Of a DNA stretch of 42,038 bases, positions 7,920 to 17,800 are shown one piece after another. The notes under the pieces were generated by a model, which searched no databases, was not told the origin of the DNA, and was given only the letters and a program-made list of their open reading frames with translations. Where the stretch lies: NCBI GenBank assembly GCA_025358475.1, contig JANYJN010000228.1, forward strand, positions 1-42,038. Direction: 5' to 3'. The first letter of the stretch is position 1. Each line of letters starts with the position of its first letter. This DNA is from Candidatus Solibacter sp. Lineage in GTDB: Bacteria > Acidobacteriota > Terriglobia > Bryobacterales > Bryobacteraceae. The translations under genes were made by a program, and so were the position numbers.

Positions 7920-8842
7920 GTTTAAGCTTTCGTGATATCGCGTTCGAACACTGGCAGGACTGCTGTCTGGTGTCGAATGGCTGCATGGAAATGGTGGTGC
8001 CCCGCAGCTTCGGCCCGCGCGTGATGCGCTGCGGTTTTACCGGCGGGGAGAATCTGTTCAAGATCTTTCCCGACGAAGGGCCCGGCGTGCGCGTTCGTGG
8101 TGGCCACCGCCTCTGGGTGGCACCCGAGCGGAAAGAGGTCACCTGGGTATTGGACAACGACCCGGTTGAGTTTGCCACCCTCGAGAACGGGCTGCACGTG
8201 ACAGGGGCGCTGGAGTCCTCCACGGGGCTACAGAAAGAAATGACCATCCATTTCGGTCCCTGCCCGAACGAAGTCGAAATCGTGCACCGCATCGTGAATC
8301 GCAACGTATGGGCGATCGAACTTGCACCGTGGACGCTCACTCAGGCAGCACCCGGTGGGATCGCGCTTTCGGGCTTCCCGCCCCGCGGCAAACACCCGGA
8401 AATGCTGCTGCCCACCCACCCGCTGGTCATGTGGGCGTACACCAAGCTGGGGGACCCGAGGTGGACCTGGGGCGAGCGATTCTTCGCGCTCCGGCAGGAT
8501 CCGGAAGCCGCCGAGCCTCAGAAGATCGGACTTTTCCATGAGCACGCCTGGACGGCTTACCTCCTCGGCAACGAAATCTTCTTCAAATACTCGAAAGCCG
8601 ATCCCACGCGCAGCTACCCGGACTTCGGCTGCTCGGTCGAGATCTTCACGAACCGCTTCATGATGGAGTTGGAAACACTCGGGCCGCTCGGCAAGCTGCA
8701 GCCGGGTGAATCGATCGAGCACACGGAGCGCTGGATCCTGCTTCGCGACGTGAAGCTTCCGGATCTTTCCGACGCCAGTATTGCAAAGGCGTTACAGCCC
8801 GCGCTCGAACGCGTTCTTAGTCTTCAGGAGCAAATTTCATGA
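7916..8842 (+). CDS. Conserved hypothetical protein, possibly mutarotase-like (DUF4380-like) fold
   Basis: GTG 7916 overlaps the MFS stop (GTGA). It reads VSLSFRDIAFEHW...GGHRLWVAPE...ELETLGPLGKLQPGESIEHTERW. The stop overlaps the next start (ATGA at 8839-8842). The long upstream extension of the ORF is inside the MFS gene. Confidence 0.6.
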   Translation: MSLSFRDIAFEHWQDCCLVSNGCMEMVVPRSFGPRVMRCGFTGGENLFKIFPDEGPGVRVRGGHRLWVAPERKEVTWVLDNDPVEFATLENGLHVTGALESSTGLQKEMTIHFGPCPNEVEIVHRIVNRNVWAIELAPWTLTQAAPGGIALSGFPPRGKHPEMLLPTHPLVMWAYTKLGDPRWTWGERFFALRQDPEAAEPQKIGLFHEHAWTAYLLGNEIFFKYSKADPTRSYPDFGCSVEIFTNRFMMELETLGPLGKLQPGESIEHTERWILLRDVKLPDLSDASIAKALQPALERVLSLQEQIS

Positions 8843-9699
8843 GCATCTCTCTTAGCCGCCGCGAACTGATTGCCCTCGTTCCAGCCAGCCTGCTGGCGTT
8901 TAAATCCGAGCTGCGAATGGGATGCCAGACAAACTCCTGGCCCATCGACCCGAAAAAGCTTTCCTCCTTCGCATCCGTACTCGACAAGATGAAGGCGTTC
9001 GGTTTTCAGGGATTCGAAACCAGTTTCCGGAATGTACAGGAACACTCCGGTGAGCCCGGCGAAGTGCGCTCGATGATCGCCAAATCCGGGCAGCGCTTCC
9101 TCGGGGTCCACATTTTCCTGCTCGCATACGATCCGACGTCCCACGTGGCGCCGGCAGATCTGTATCGCAAGGTGGTGGACGGGGCCGCTCCGATGGGCGC
9201 CGAGCGCCTCATCCTGAGTGGCTCCCCCGCCACTACCGACGGCGTTCTGGATCATGCCGCCATCCAGCGCAAGTGTGCGGCGCTCAATGCCGCGGCCGCC
9301 TACGCCAAGTCAAAGGGAATGCGCTTCGCTTATCACAACCATGGGCCGGAGTTTGCCAACGGAGCCGTTGAGATGGAAGCTTTGTACGCTGGCAGCGATC
9401 CCAATCTGGTGCACTTCATTTTCGATACCGGCCATGCCCGGCGCGCCAAGGCAGACGTACCGGCGTTTCTCCTAAAGCATCACTCGCGCATCGACGGTAT
9501 ACACTTGCGCGACCTCAGTGACCGTCCCGGTGACAACCCGGATTTGGGGGCGTTCGACCTGAAGGGGCTCGCCGCCGCCATCGATAAAGTGAAATGGAGC
9601 GGTTGGCTGATCGTCGAGGAAGAGAACGCCATCGGCAAGGCCGGCGACGATGCCGTCCGCCCTGCCCGCGAGGCGTTGCGCGCGCAATTCGGTATCTAA
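8839..9699 (+). CDS. Exported sugar-phosphate isomerase/epimerase (xylose-isomerase-like TIM barrel)
   Basis: Tat-like signal SRRELIALVPASLLA; AP_endonuc_2-type blocks YHNHGPEF, FDTGHA, IHLRD and WSGWLIVEEE; AGGAG RBS. Confidence 0.8.
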   Translation: MSISLSRRELIALVPASLLAFKSELRMGCQTNSWPIDPKKLSSFASVLDKMKAFGFQGFETSFRNVQEHSGEPGEVRSMIAKSGQRFLGVHIFLLAYDPTSHVAPADLYRKVVDGAAPMGAERLILSGSPATTDGVLDHAAIQRKCAALNAAAAYAKSKGMRFAYHNHGPEFANGAVEMEALYAGSDPNLVHFIFDTGHARRAKADVPAFLLKHHSRIDGIHLRDLSDRPGDNPDLGAFDLKGLAAAIDKVKWSGWLIVEEENAIGKAGDDAVRPAREALRAQFGI

Positions 9700-9709
9700 C
9701 GCGGGGGGC

Positions 9710-10741
9710 TCAAAACCCCTCTGGCGTGATCCAGAAACTTTCCTTCCACTCCCCGCCGGGCGGGATGCTCTGCAGACTTTTGTAGAGTCCGCGTTGCGCC
9801 AGATTGAAGGCGTTGGTGATCGCGGTCATCGGCTCCAGACATACTGCTTCCTTTCCCGGCGGCATAAAGGCGACCGCCACTGGATACTTGGGTCCGAAAG
9901 CGACGCTGATCTTTTCCCGCTTTCCTTTCACCCAGAACACCGCCCGGCCATCCGGACCCCGGTCCAGATCGGTAAGGATATCGTCCATCTGCACCGTGGC
10001 GAGCGCCTGCGGGTCCGCGTATTCCGTGTGCTTCATTTCGCCGGTTGGCACCATGTGGTCATTGAGGAGTACGTGCTGGCGCGCCGGAATGTGGACGCTC
10101 CACTCCGCCCGCGGCGAGTCATGCAAATTGAAGAACGGATGAAAGCCGATGCTGACCGGCATGGGGCTGAAAGAGTGATTTTCGATGTGCGTCTCCACTT
10201 CAAGGACACCTTTGGTGAGCCGGTGGGTCATGGTGATGGTGTGTGCGAAAGGAAACTGCGCCATCATGTCGGGGTACCTCCAGAACTCCAGGCGGCTAAC
10301 CGAGCGCGCCGAGTCTGCGTCCGCTTCAACTGAAACCAGTTTCCACGCAGAGGAAAAATAGAGCATGCCGTGGATAGACTGGCCGAACTGATCCCTCCGC
10401 AGGTTGTCGAGGCTGGGGTTCAGAATATACTTGCGGCCATTGGCCCAGTAGGCGTCCTCGTCGAGGCGATTGGCCCACGGCCCCAGGAACGGAATCGCGC
10501 AGGGGGTAAGATTCGCTTTCCACTGCGCCAGTCCCGCGAACGGAAAGTAGAGCACGTTCATTCTGTTGACCTTCATCTCGTACGCGATATTGCCGATCGA
10601 AGGCGCGATGGAGACTTGGGTGTTGCGCTCCGCATCGAACAGGCGCACAACCTCGATTCCCTCCACAACCGTCTTCCTGGCGGAATAATTCGCACCTTGA
10701 GCCGCCAAGGGCAGGATCATCATGGCTATCGCGATCTTCAT
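9710..10741 (-). CDS. Exported aldose 1-epimerase (galactose mutarotase family)
   Basis: Signal peptide MKIAIAMMILPLAAQG; mutarotase blocks IPFLGPWANRL, HGMLY, GFHPFF and CLEPMT. Confidence 0.8.
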   Translation of the reverse strand: MKIAIAMMILPLAAQGANYSARKTVVEGIEVVRLFDAERNTQVSIAPSIGNIAYEMKVNRMNVLYFPFAGLAQWKANLTPCAIPFLGPWANRLDEDAYWANGRKYILNPSLDNLRRDQFGQSIHGMLYFSSAWKLVSVEADADSARSVSRLEFWRYPDMMAQFPFAHTITMTHRLTKGVLEVETHIENHSFSPMPVSIGFHPFFNLHDSPRAEWSVHIPARQHVLLNDHMVPTGEMKHTEYADPQALATVQMDDILTDLDRGPDGRAVFWVKGKREKISVAFGPKYPVAVAFMPPGKEAVCLEPMTAITNAFNLAQRGLYKSLQSIPPGGEWKESFWITPEGF

Positions 10742-10768
10742 CTGTCAACCCTCATGGACCAAAAACGT

Positions 10769-10780
10769 AATATATCATAT
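10769..10780 (-). promoter_or_regulatory. Extended -10-like element (TG-a-TATATT) upstream of the mutarotase gene
   Basis: The minus strand reads GCATATGATATATTACG, followed by 27 nt including GAGGG, then ATG 10741. Confidence 0.35.
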
Positions 10781-10789
10781 GCCAACAAC

Positions 10790-11749
10790 TCAGACGCTGA
10801 TCCATCTTCTCCAGATAAAGAACAACGTCGTTGCCGCGACGACAACCCATAGCGCCAGACCCTGCGCGAAGGGCCGCCAGCCCACCCGCTTCAGTCCCTC
10901 CCGTGAGAGTCCCGCGCCGATAAGGAACAATGTCACCGAAAAGCCGGTGCGCGCCACGGCGACGATACCGCGGCTGAGCCCGTCTGCCTGCGGCCAGGAA
11001 GAGTGCAGCCATGCCGCCGCCACAAACAGGCCGATGAACCAGGGCCAGGCCTTCTTGCCGCGGTTTCGGAACCAAGCCGCCACGAGGACCGACACCGGAA
11101 CGATCCAGAGCGCCCGGACCAGTTTGACAGTAGTCCCCACGGCAAGCGCCACTGGGCCGTATCTGAGGCCTGCTCCCACCACGGAGCTGGTATCGTGAAT
11201 GGCAAGCGCCGCCCAGAGCCCGAATTGTCTTTGCGTGAGACCCACGGCTGCACCGATCACTGGGAAAGTGACCAGCGCGACGGAGTTCAGCACGAATATG
11301 GTCGTCAGCGATACGGCCGTCTCTTCCTCGCTCGCATCGACAATCGAGCGCGTTGCGGCGATCGCACTGCCGCCACAGATGGAAGTCCCGACGGAGATTA
11401 GAAAGGCGGAATTGAAAGGCACGCGCAGAAGGCGTCCAAAGAAAAGCCCGAGCCCGATCGCCGCGGCAATTCCGAAACCGGTGTAGACATAACTCGTGCG
11501 CCCCGTCTCCAGCACGGCGTGAATGTCCATGCCGAAACCCAAGCCGACGATGCTCCACTTCAGCAACTCGCGCGTCCACCACGACGATGCCGCGCGCCAT
11601 GGATTCGCCCCGGCAATCCCGATTGCCAGACCTAGCGCCAGAGCAAGAGGAGGGGAACACCACGGAGAGCAGCACAGCAGAACGGCACAGAGGAAAGCTA
11701 CCTTGGTAAGCACAATCCCAGTTTGCGGGCGCGGCAGGTGGGCGTCCAA
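10790..11749 (-). CDS. COG2855/UPF0324 (YeiH, SuyZ/TauZ-type) membrane protein, 'putative sulfate exporter' family
   Basis: Polytopic membrane protein with the family block GTSICGGSAIAA and AIHDTSSVVGAG. The ORF begins with TTG at 11749; the true start is uncertain. Confidence 0.75.
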   Translation of the reverse strand: MDAHLPRPQTGIVLTKVAFLCAVLLCCSPWCSPPLALALGLAIGIAGANPWRAASSWWTRELLKWSIVGLGFGMDIHAVLETGRTSYVYTGFGIAAAIGLGLFFGRLLRVPFNSAFLISVGTSICGGSAIAATRSIVDASEEETAVSLTTIFVLNSVALVTFPVIGAAVGLTQRQFGLWAALAIHDTSSVVGAGLRYGPVALAVGTTVKLVRALWIVPVSVLVAAWFRNRGKKAWPWFIGLFVAAAWLHSSWPQADGLSRGIVAVARTGFSVTLFLIGAGLSREGLKRVGWRPFAQGLALWVVVAATTLFFIWRRWISV

Positions 11750-11789
11750 TCACATTTTGTGATCGCGGATTTCCTCGGCTTATGCAGCG

Positions 11790-12506
11790 TTATCCACGGC
11801 CCAGATAGGGCTGGCCAACGGGCAGAACAACGGCTTCCAGCATGTTGATGTGAGCCGGAAGCGACGCCATGGCTACCACCACCTGGACCAACTGGTCCAC
11901 CGTCATCATCGGTTCCGGACGGTTCTTATTCTTTTCGACGAGGGTGTTGCCCGGAAATATGCAGCCACATGAAATCCCGAACTGCCGGCCTTCGAGCGCG
12001 GAAACCTGGGTGAGTCCCCATAGGCCGTGTTTGCTCGTACTGTAGGCCGCGGTGTGGGGCCGAACGCGCTTCGCGGCAAGGGAACCAATGTTAATAATGC
12101 GGCCTCCGCCGGCGGGCTTCATGATCCGAAACGCTTCCCGTGTGCAGAGAAAAGGTCCACGCAGATTCGCCGCCATGACCTTGTCCCAGGTTTCGACCGT
12201 GATTTCCTCCAGCGGACCGCCGTCTGAAACGCCAGCGTTATTGACCAGCAAATCCAGGCGGCTGAACCGCTGGATCGCTTGGGCGAACGCGGCGCATACC
12301 TGGCTTTCGACGGTAACATCCGCAACAACCGCGAGTGCGCGCGAACCCTTCGCCTGTAAATCCCCAGCGACACGCTGAAGCGCATCCTGGCCGCGAGCCA
12401 CCATTACCAGATCGGCGCCTTCGCCTGCCAGCGCTTCGCAGATTCCCCTGCCGATTCCTCGGCTCGCGCCGGTCACCAACGCGGTCCTACCCTGGAGCTT
12501 TTTCAT
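11790..12506 (-). CDS. Short-chain dehydrogenase/reductase (classical SDR)
   Basis: TGASRGIGRG cofactor motif, NNAG, and catalytic YSTSKHG. Confidence 0.85.
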   Translation of the reverse strand: MKKLQGRTALVTGASRGIGRGICEALAGEGADLVMVARGQDALQRVAGDLQAKGSRALAVVADVTVESQVCAAFAQAIQRFSRLDLLVNNAGVSDGGPLEEITVETWDKVMAANLRGPFLCTREAFRIMKPAGGGRIINIGSLAAKRVRPHTAAYSTSKHGLWGLTQVSALEGRQFGISCGCIFPGNTLVEKNKNRPEPMMTVDQLVQVVVAMASLPAHINMLEAVVLPVGQPYLGRG

Positions 12507-12651
12507 GGTTCGTTCTATTCGTGGAGAAGCGGCTTTACTGCCGCTCCGGAGGCAGGAGTGAATGAACGCCGGCCGGTAAGATCAATCCGTCTCACCGTGA
12601 AAAAGAGCGGCAAAACAGATAGCAAACCGGCCAGCTTCAAACAGGTACCCG

Positions 12652-13821
12652 TTATGCCGGCAGGTCGTTCCAGTTCAAGACGCGATGCTCGCGTAAGGAC
12701 TTCTCGGCAAGCAGGATGATCTTGACGGTCGTCTTGGCGGATTCGGGGCCCACCAGAGGCGGTTTGCCCAATCGCAGGCTCTGTGCAAACAATTGATATT
12801 GCTTATAGGTCTCGGGATCCTGGGCCGAGCCCACGGCTTTTCCGACGACCGACTTGGGCGTGTCGTCCACCACGTCCACGTAGCGCACCCCGCCACCGCC
12901 GTGCTTGCGGATTGCAATTTTGCCGTTCTCAGGGTACATCACGCCTTCGCTGCCGATCACCACGAGGCGCCTGCTTGACGGGCCCGCATTCGCCGCGAAC
13001 AGACACAATTCGAAGCTCAACTTCACACCCGAAGCGTATTCGACAATGGCAGCCACGTGATCGACTGTTTCGCGATCTTTATAAACGTTATTACCGCCGG
13101 ACGCGGTGACCCGCACCACCCGGTCGTCGATCATCCAATTGGCGCAGTCGATCTCGTGAACGCCGTCTTCGAGCAGAGCGCTGCCCTCGGTGTACGTGAG
13201 ATAGCGCCAGTTGGTGGCGATGCCGGTCTTGGGGTTCTTGTATTTCCAACTCTTCGGGTTCCAGTCGCCGCGGAAGAGATTACCGCTGACGAACTCGATC
13301 TTGCCTATTTCACCGGCGGCAACCAGATCCCGCATCTTGTTGGTCGCCGGGACCAGGCGCTTTTGGAATCCGATGTACAGGAGCTTGCCGGATTTGCGCG
13401 ACGCCTCGATCATGAGATTGGCATCGTCGATCGTGGTGGCCATCGGCTTTTCGCAGAGTACCGGCAGACCGCGCTCGAACGCGGCCACCGTCACTTCGGC
13501 GTGCAAAAAGCTGGGAGTGATCACCACAACTGCGTCGATATCGTGCCGTTCCGCCAGCAACTTGCGGTAATCCGCGTAGGTTTTGGCACCGGGAGCCAGG
13601 GTAGCCGCACGATCCAGGTTCTCCGGCGTTGGATCGGCCAGCGCTACCACCTGAAAACCGGGTAGAGATTGTAGGATCGCCAAGTGGGCCCATGCCCGGT
13701 ACCCGGTTCCTATGATCGCCAGTCGGATTGGTTTCTCACTCTGCGCCTCGAGCGCGGAGGCCCCCGAAATGATCGCGGACGCCCCCGCCGCCACCAGGAA
13801 TGACCGTCGGTTCGTTTCCAT
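12652..13821 (-). CDS. Tat-exported Gfo/Idh/MocA-family oxidoreductase
   Basis: ATG 13821 is preceded by AGGAGAAAGAG. It has the twin-arginine signal METNRRSFLVAAGASAI, the Rossmann motif LAIIGTGYRAWAHL, and CEKPMA. Confidence 0.85.
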   Translation of the reverse strand: METNRRSFLVAAGASAIISGASALEAQSEKPIRLAIIGTGYRAWAHLAILQSLPGFQVVALADPTPENLDRAATLAPGAKTYADYRKLLAERHDIDAVVVITPSFLHAEVTVAAFERGLPVLCEKPMATTIDDANLMIEASRKSGKLLYIGFQKRLVPATNKMRDLVAAGEIGKIEFVSGNLFRGDWNPKSWKYKNPKTGIATNWRYLTYTEGSALLEDGVHEIDCANWMIDDRVVRVTASGGNNVYKDRETVDHVAAIVEYASGVKLSFELCLFAANAGPSSRRLVVIGSEGVMYPENGKIAIRKHGGGGVRYVDVVDDTPKSVVGKAVGSAQDPETYKQYQLFAQSLRLGKPPLVGPESAKTTVKIILLAEKSLREHRVLNWNDLPA

Positions 13822-13875
13822 TTCTCTTTCTCCTAACGTTTCAAGTATTGGTTCCCACCGGACTGTTGAAGTGCC

Positions 13876-13901
13876 GGGTCGAAGTGCCACCATTTCGACC
13901 C
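13876..13901 (-). terminator. Hairpin between the TIM-barrel and Gfo genes (terminator or processing/attenuation structure)
   Basis: GGGTCGAA-gtgccaccat-TTCGACCC is a perfect 8-bp stem, but no U-tract follows on the minus strand. Confidence 0.3.
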
Positions 13902-13962
13902 GTAAGACTACGCACTGTATAACAGCGGCCGTGAATCCTCAGTTAACCGGGCCGCCCGAGTT

Positions 13963-14823
13963 TCAGACGCCGAAAAGTTTGCGGATGTACTCGCGATCCG
14001 GCCCAACCGCCGCCGTATTGCCGCCCTGCGGGCTACCGCCCTCTTCATCAATGAGCCAACCCGACCAACCGGTTTTCTTCACCGCGGCGGCGAGCGCCTG
14101 GAAATCGAAGTCGCCCTGGCCAAGCGGAACCTGGCCGCTAACCTGCTTGCCGCGGAACGTCTTCAGATGAATTCCATAGATCCGCTTCGAGTTTACAGCT
14201 AGGAAAGCGGCTGGATTACCACCGCCCAGGTATCCGTGTCCGGCATCCATGAGGAAGTTGACCAGAGCGGGATCGGTATTCTCGGCAAGTCCGTCCATTT
14301 CCGCGTTGTGGTTGGCGAACTCCGGGTTGTGGTTGTGATAGGCGAGGCGCAGCCGGTTCTCCTTGAGCATGCGGCCGATCTTGTCCAATTCCTTGGCTTT
14401 CTGCAACAGGGCCTCTTTCTCAAACGCGCCCTCCGCCGACAGACCCTTGCCGCTCATAATGATGCAGTCCGCTCCGAGGGCTGCCACACCGGCGGCAATG
14501 CCCGCACCCTTGGCGCCGCCGACGATGTCCATTCCGGCATGTGCCCCGATGAACGTCATTCCGGTTTTTTCGATCTGCCCGCGCGCGGCCGCGACGCGGC
14601 CGAACTCGCCTTCTACCAGCTTGTAATTACATTCAAAGCCGGTGTAGCCCAAGCTCTTCATCGATTCCAGCACCTTCAGCAGGCCTGGAAAGTCACCCGG
14701 CTTGAGCGGAAAGCCATTGGCTTGACATCCCACCCGAATGGATCCGCTTTTCGCCCATGCGCAAGCGGCCGAAACAGCGGAAGCGGCCACAAGAAATGTC
14801 CGGCGCGAAGTTAGATACGGCAT
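13963..14823 (-). CDS. Tat-exported sugar-phosphate isomerase/epimerase (xylose-isomerase-like TIM barrel)
   Basis: Signal SRRTFLVAASAVSAACAWA; blocks YHNHNPEF, MDAGHG, IHLK and WSGWLIDEEGG. Confidence 0.8.
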   Translation of the reverse strand: MPYLTSRRTFLVAASAVSAACAWAKSGSIRVGCQANGFPLKPGDFPGLLKVLESMKSLGYTGFECNYKLVEGEFGRVAAARGQIEKTGMTFIGAHAGMDIVGGAKGAGIAAGVAALGADCIIMSGKGLSAEGAFEKEALLQKAKELDKIGRMLKENRLRLAYHNHNPEFANHNAEMDGLAENTDPALVNFLMDAGHGYLGGGNPAAFLAVNSKRIYGIHLKTFRGKQVSGQVPLGQGDFDFQALAAAVKKTGWSGWLIDEEGGSPQGGNTAAVGPDREYIRKLFGV

Positions 14824-14840
14824 AATGTCTCCTCGAAACT

Positions 14841-17800
14841 TTAAAAGGCAAGTCTTAGCGATAGTTGGATGTTCCTCGGCTTGTACGCCGAAGTGTATGC
14901 GCCGAAAAGCGGATCGGTCTGAACGCCGTTCTTATCAAACCTGGCGGTTGAGTTCAATCCCGAGAACTGCGTATGGTTGAACGCGTTGAACAGTTCCGTC
15001 CGGAACTGCAGGTACCGGCCCTCGGAGAACAGACGAAACCGCTTACTAATGGCGAGATCCCAGTTATTAACCCCGGGTCCGTACAGAAGGCCTAGGCCCG
15101 CGTTACCGAAACTGCCTCTCGGGGTACGACTGAAAACGCCGGTATTGAAAGTGCGGCTAAAGGTCTTCTGGCTCTTGTCCAGGCGCGGGTCGCCGGTCAC
15201 AGTAATCCGGGCTCCATCGGTGGACCCGGTGGTATCCAGCCCATCCACCAAGCTGAATCCGGGAGTAAACGGGCTGCCGCTTAAGAATGAGGTGATACCA
15301 CTGATCTGCCAGTTGTCCAACACCCACTTGGCGGGTTTGAAACCCGTCATGGTTCCGACTTTCGGCACCTCGTACATGTAGTTCAGCACAAGGGTTTGCG
15401 GCTGATTGAAGTTCGCCGGGCCGTAGTTCCAGGAGCGGGTCGGGAAGTACGAACTAAGGCCGCCAGTGTCGCCGCTCGAAACGGTCAGAATCTTCGACCA
15501 CGTGTAGGAGGCACCGAACTGCACTCCCTTCGAGAAGCGGCGGCTCGCCGAAACCTGCAGCGCATGGTAGTTCGACGTTCCTGTGAACTCCCGCTGATTG
15601 ATATTGCCGTAGCCGCGATACGGGCGGAGGAAATTATCCTGGAGCGGAGTGGAGGTCTGCGTCGGGTCCGCGTTCTTCGGATCAAACCGCGCGAACATCG
15701 GGATTGCGTTGATGTTGCGCTGCACGGAAAGGTGCCGGGCCAAACTGCCGACGTAGGCAAGGTCGAACATCGTGTTGCTAACCTGATGCTGAATCGAAAG
15801 GCTGTAGTTCATCACGGTCGGCATCGGTTGGTTGCCCGAGAGGACAGTGATATCCGAGGGACCCGTGGAGCCGGGGTTTTGTGCGTAGGTGTCCAGCGTT
15901 CCGTAATACAGAGTAGGAGTGGACGTGATGGGAGGATTGCCGGCGCTGTTGTAGAGCGTGTTGCCCGTGACTTTGTCCTTGAAGACGCCGAAGCCGCCAC
16001 GAATAGCGGTCTTGCCGGTCCCAAAGACATCATAACCAAAACCGAAGCGCGGGCCGAATTCCAGCCAGGAAGTGGAGTACAGGCCTAAAGGCACACCGTT
16101 ACCGGCGGCCCGGGAGCCGTTCGCGAAATCTCCGGAATTCGGCACAAAGAGGCCGATCATCGGACTGGGTGCCAGCGCTCCCGTGAGCGGATTTTTGGCA
16201 ACCCGCTTATTCGCGGCGTCCCGCGCGGGAATGTAAAGGACCGGCGCCTTGGATGGATCGTAAAGACCGGGCACGAAGGTGGCCACTGCCCCGCCGCGAT
16301 CGATGGTCGGTGGAGTGTGATAGAAGCGCAAGCCGTAATCGAGGGTCAGTTTCGAGGTGACGCGCCAGTTGTCCTGCACATACCATTCGTAATCCCAGAA
16401 CATGTAATCGCCCTTGGGCTGGTTGTTCGCCTCGGAGTAAGATTGAAAATTCCCGATCAGCGCATTCGCATAGCCGTGCCCGGTGTCCAGCGGGTTGTTG
16501 GTGTCCCGCGCGAAATTGAAGGCGCCGTGGATTTGCGTAGAGGCGGACTGGATCTTATTGTTCCGTTCCACGTAAAAGCCAACTTTCAGACTGTGGCTCT
16601 TCCAAACCTTGCTCAGGCTCTCCGTCAAGGTGTATCCAGGATCCGGAAGAGCGTCCGGAATATTCACATTCAGCGAAGTGTTCGCCGTGTTGACCGGCGT
16701 TCCGCCGAAGGTCAAGGCCGGGATCCAGTTGGCGTTGGGCTGGTCGTGCTTGAACCATTGCGCCGGATTGCCCATGAGCGACCGGTCCAGAACGCTGGGA
16801 TCGGTCGGATAGGTGATCACGTTGTTAAATGCCCGTGTGAAGGTGACTTCGTTAACGAGAGTGGGCGAGAAAACGTTGGTGGCGTGAACGGCTTGCGCAC
16901 GGGAGGGGCGATCCCACATGACCGGCGTCAGCATATAGTTCACGCCGCCAGCGGGCCAGCCGCCCGATCCAGTCTGCAGCAACAGTTTATTGGAATCTTC
17001 AAGCAGGCGATAGAAAACCTGGAACTTCGACGTAATGTTGTAGTCCGCGCGGAACACTTCCTGACGCCGGGGCCAGCTTCCGCTCGGAACCGTGCGGTAG
17101 TTGCGCCGGTACACGTACGCGGGATCGGGATCCGTATAATTTGGCAGCGGCAAGAAATTCAGCATGGCCTGGCCAAGCTTGTTGATGCGGTCCTTGGGTA
17201 TCATGTTTCCCGGGAAGACCAGACCCGTGGCCGGGTCCTTCACTGGAATCTGCGCGCCAGCCACGTCGTAACTCTTTGAGTAGTCGCCGTTTCTTTCGAG
17301 CTGCGTCGGAACGTTGATGAATTGGGGACTCCAGTTATTCTTCGACCCAACGAGTTCCTGCGAGAAGAAGAAGAAGAGCTTGTCCTTCTGCCTGTTAAAA
17401 TTCGTCCTGGGGAGCAAAACCGGCCCACCGACGGAAAATCCCGTAATGCGGTAGCGGTATGGAGCCTTGGCCGTGCCCGTTCGGTTGTCGAAGTAATTAG
17501 CGGCGTCCAGGCTTTCGTGCCTGTAATACTCGTAGGCCGACCCATGAAAATCTTTGGAACCCGATTTGGTGATCACCGTGATCATACCGCCGGCATTGCG
17601 CCCGTACTCAGCCTGATAGTTGCTGGTCATTACCTTGACTTCGGCGATGGCGTCCATATTCGGTTCGCCCGGCACACCGTTATTGCCGGCGTCCAGGCTG
17701 GGCATGCCGTCCACCATCATCAGCACAGATGAATCGCGTCCGCCGTTGATGTGAATTCCAGCCAGCGCGTTGCGCGCCATGGCTTCTCTGCCTTGCGAGG

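Noticed and set aside
16317-17279. Long plus-strand ORF inside the first TonB receptor. Similar shadow ORFs lie at 22596-23309 (+), 30033-30860 (-), 32235-32936 (-), 6897-7799 (-), 10752-11753 (-), 3735-4541 (+), 9650-10333 (+), 39224-40060 (+) and elsewhere.
   Set aside because: They fall in antisense or alternative frames of genes with unambiguous family signatures. Their composition is Arg/Gly/Pro/His-rich, typical of GC-rich off-frame translation, and they have no recognisable domains.
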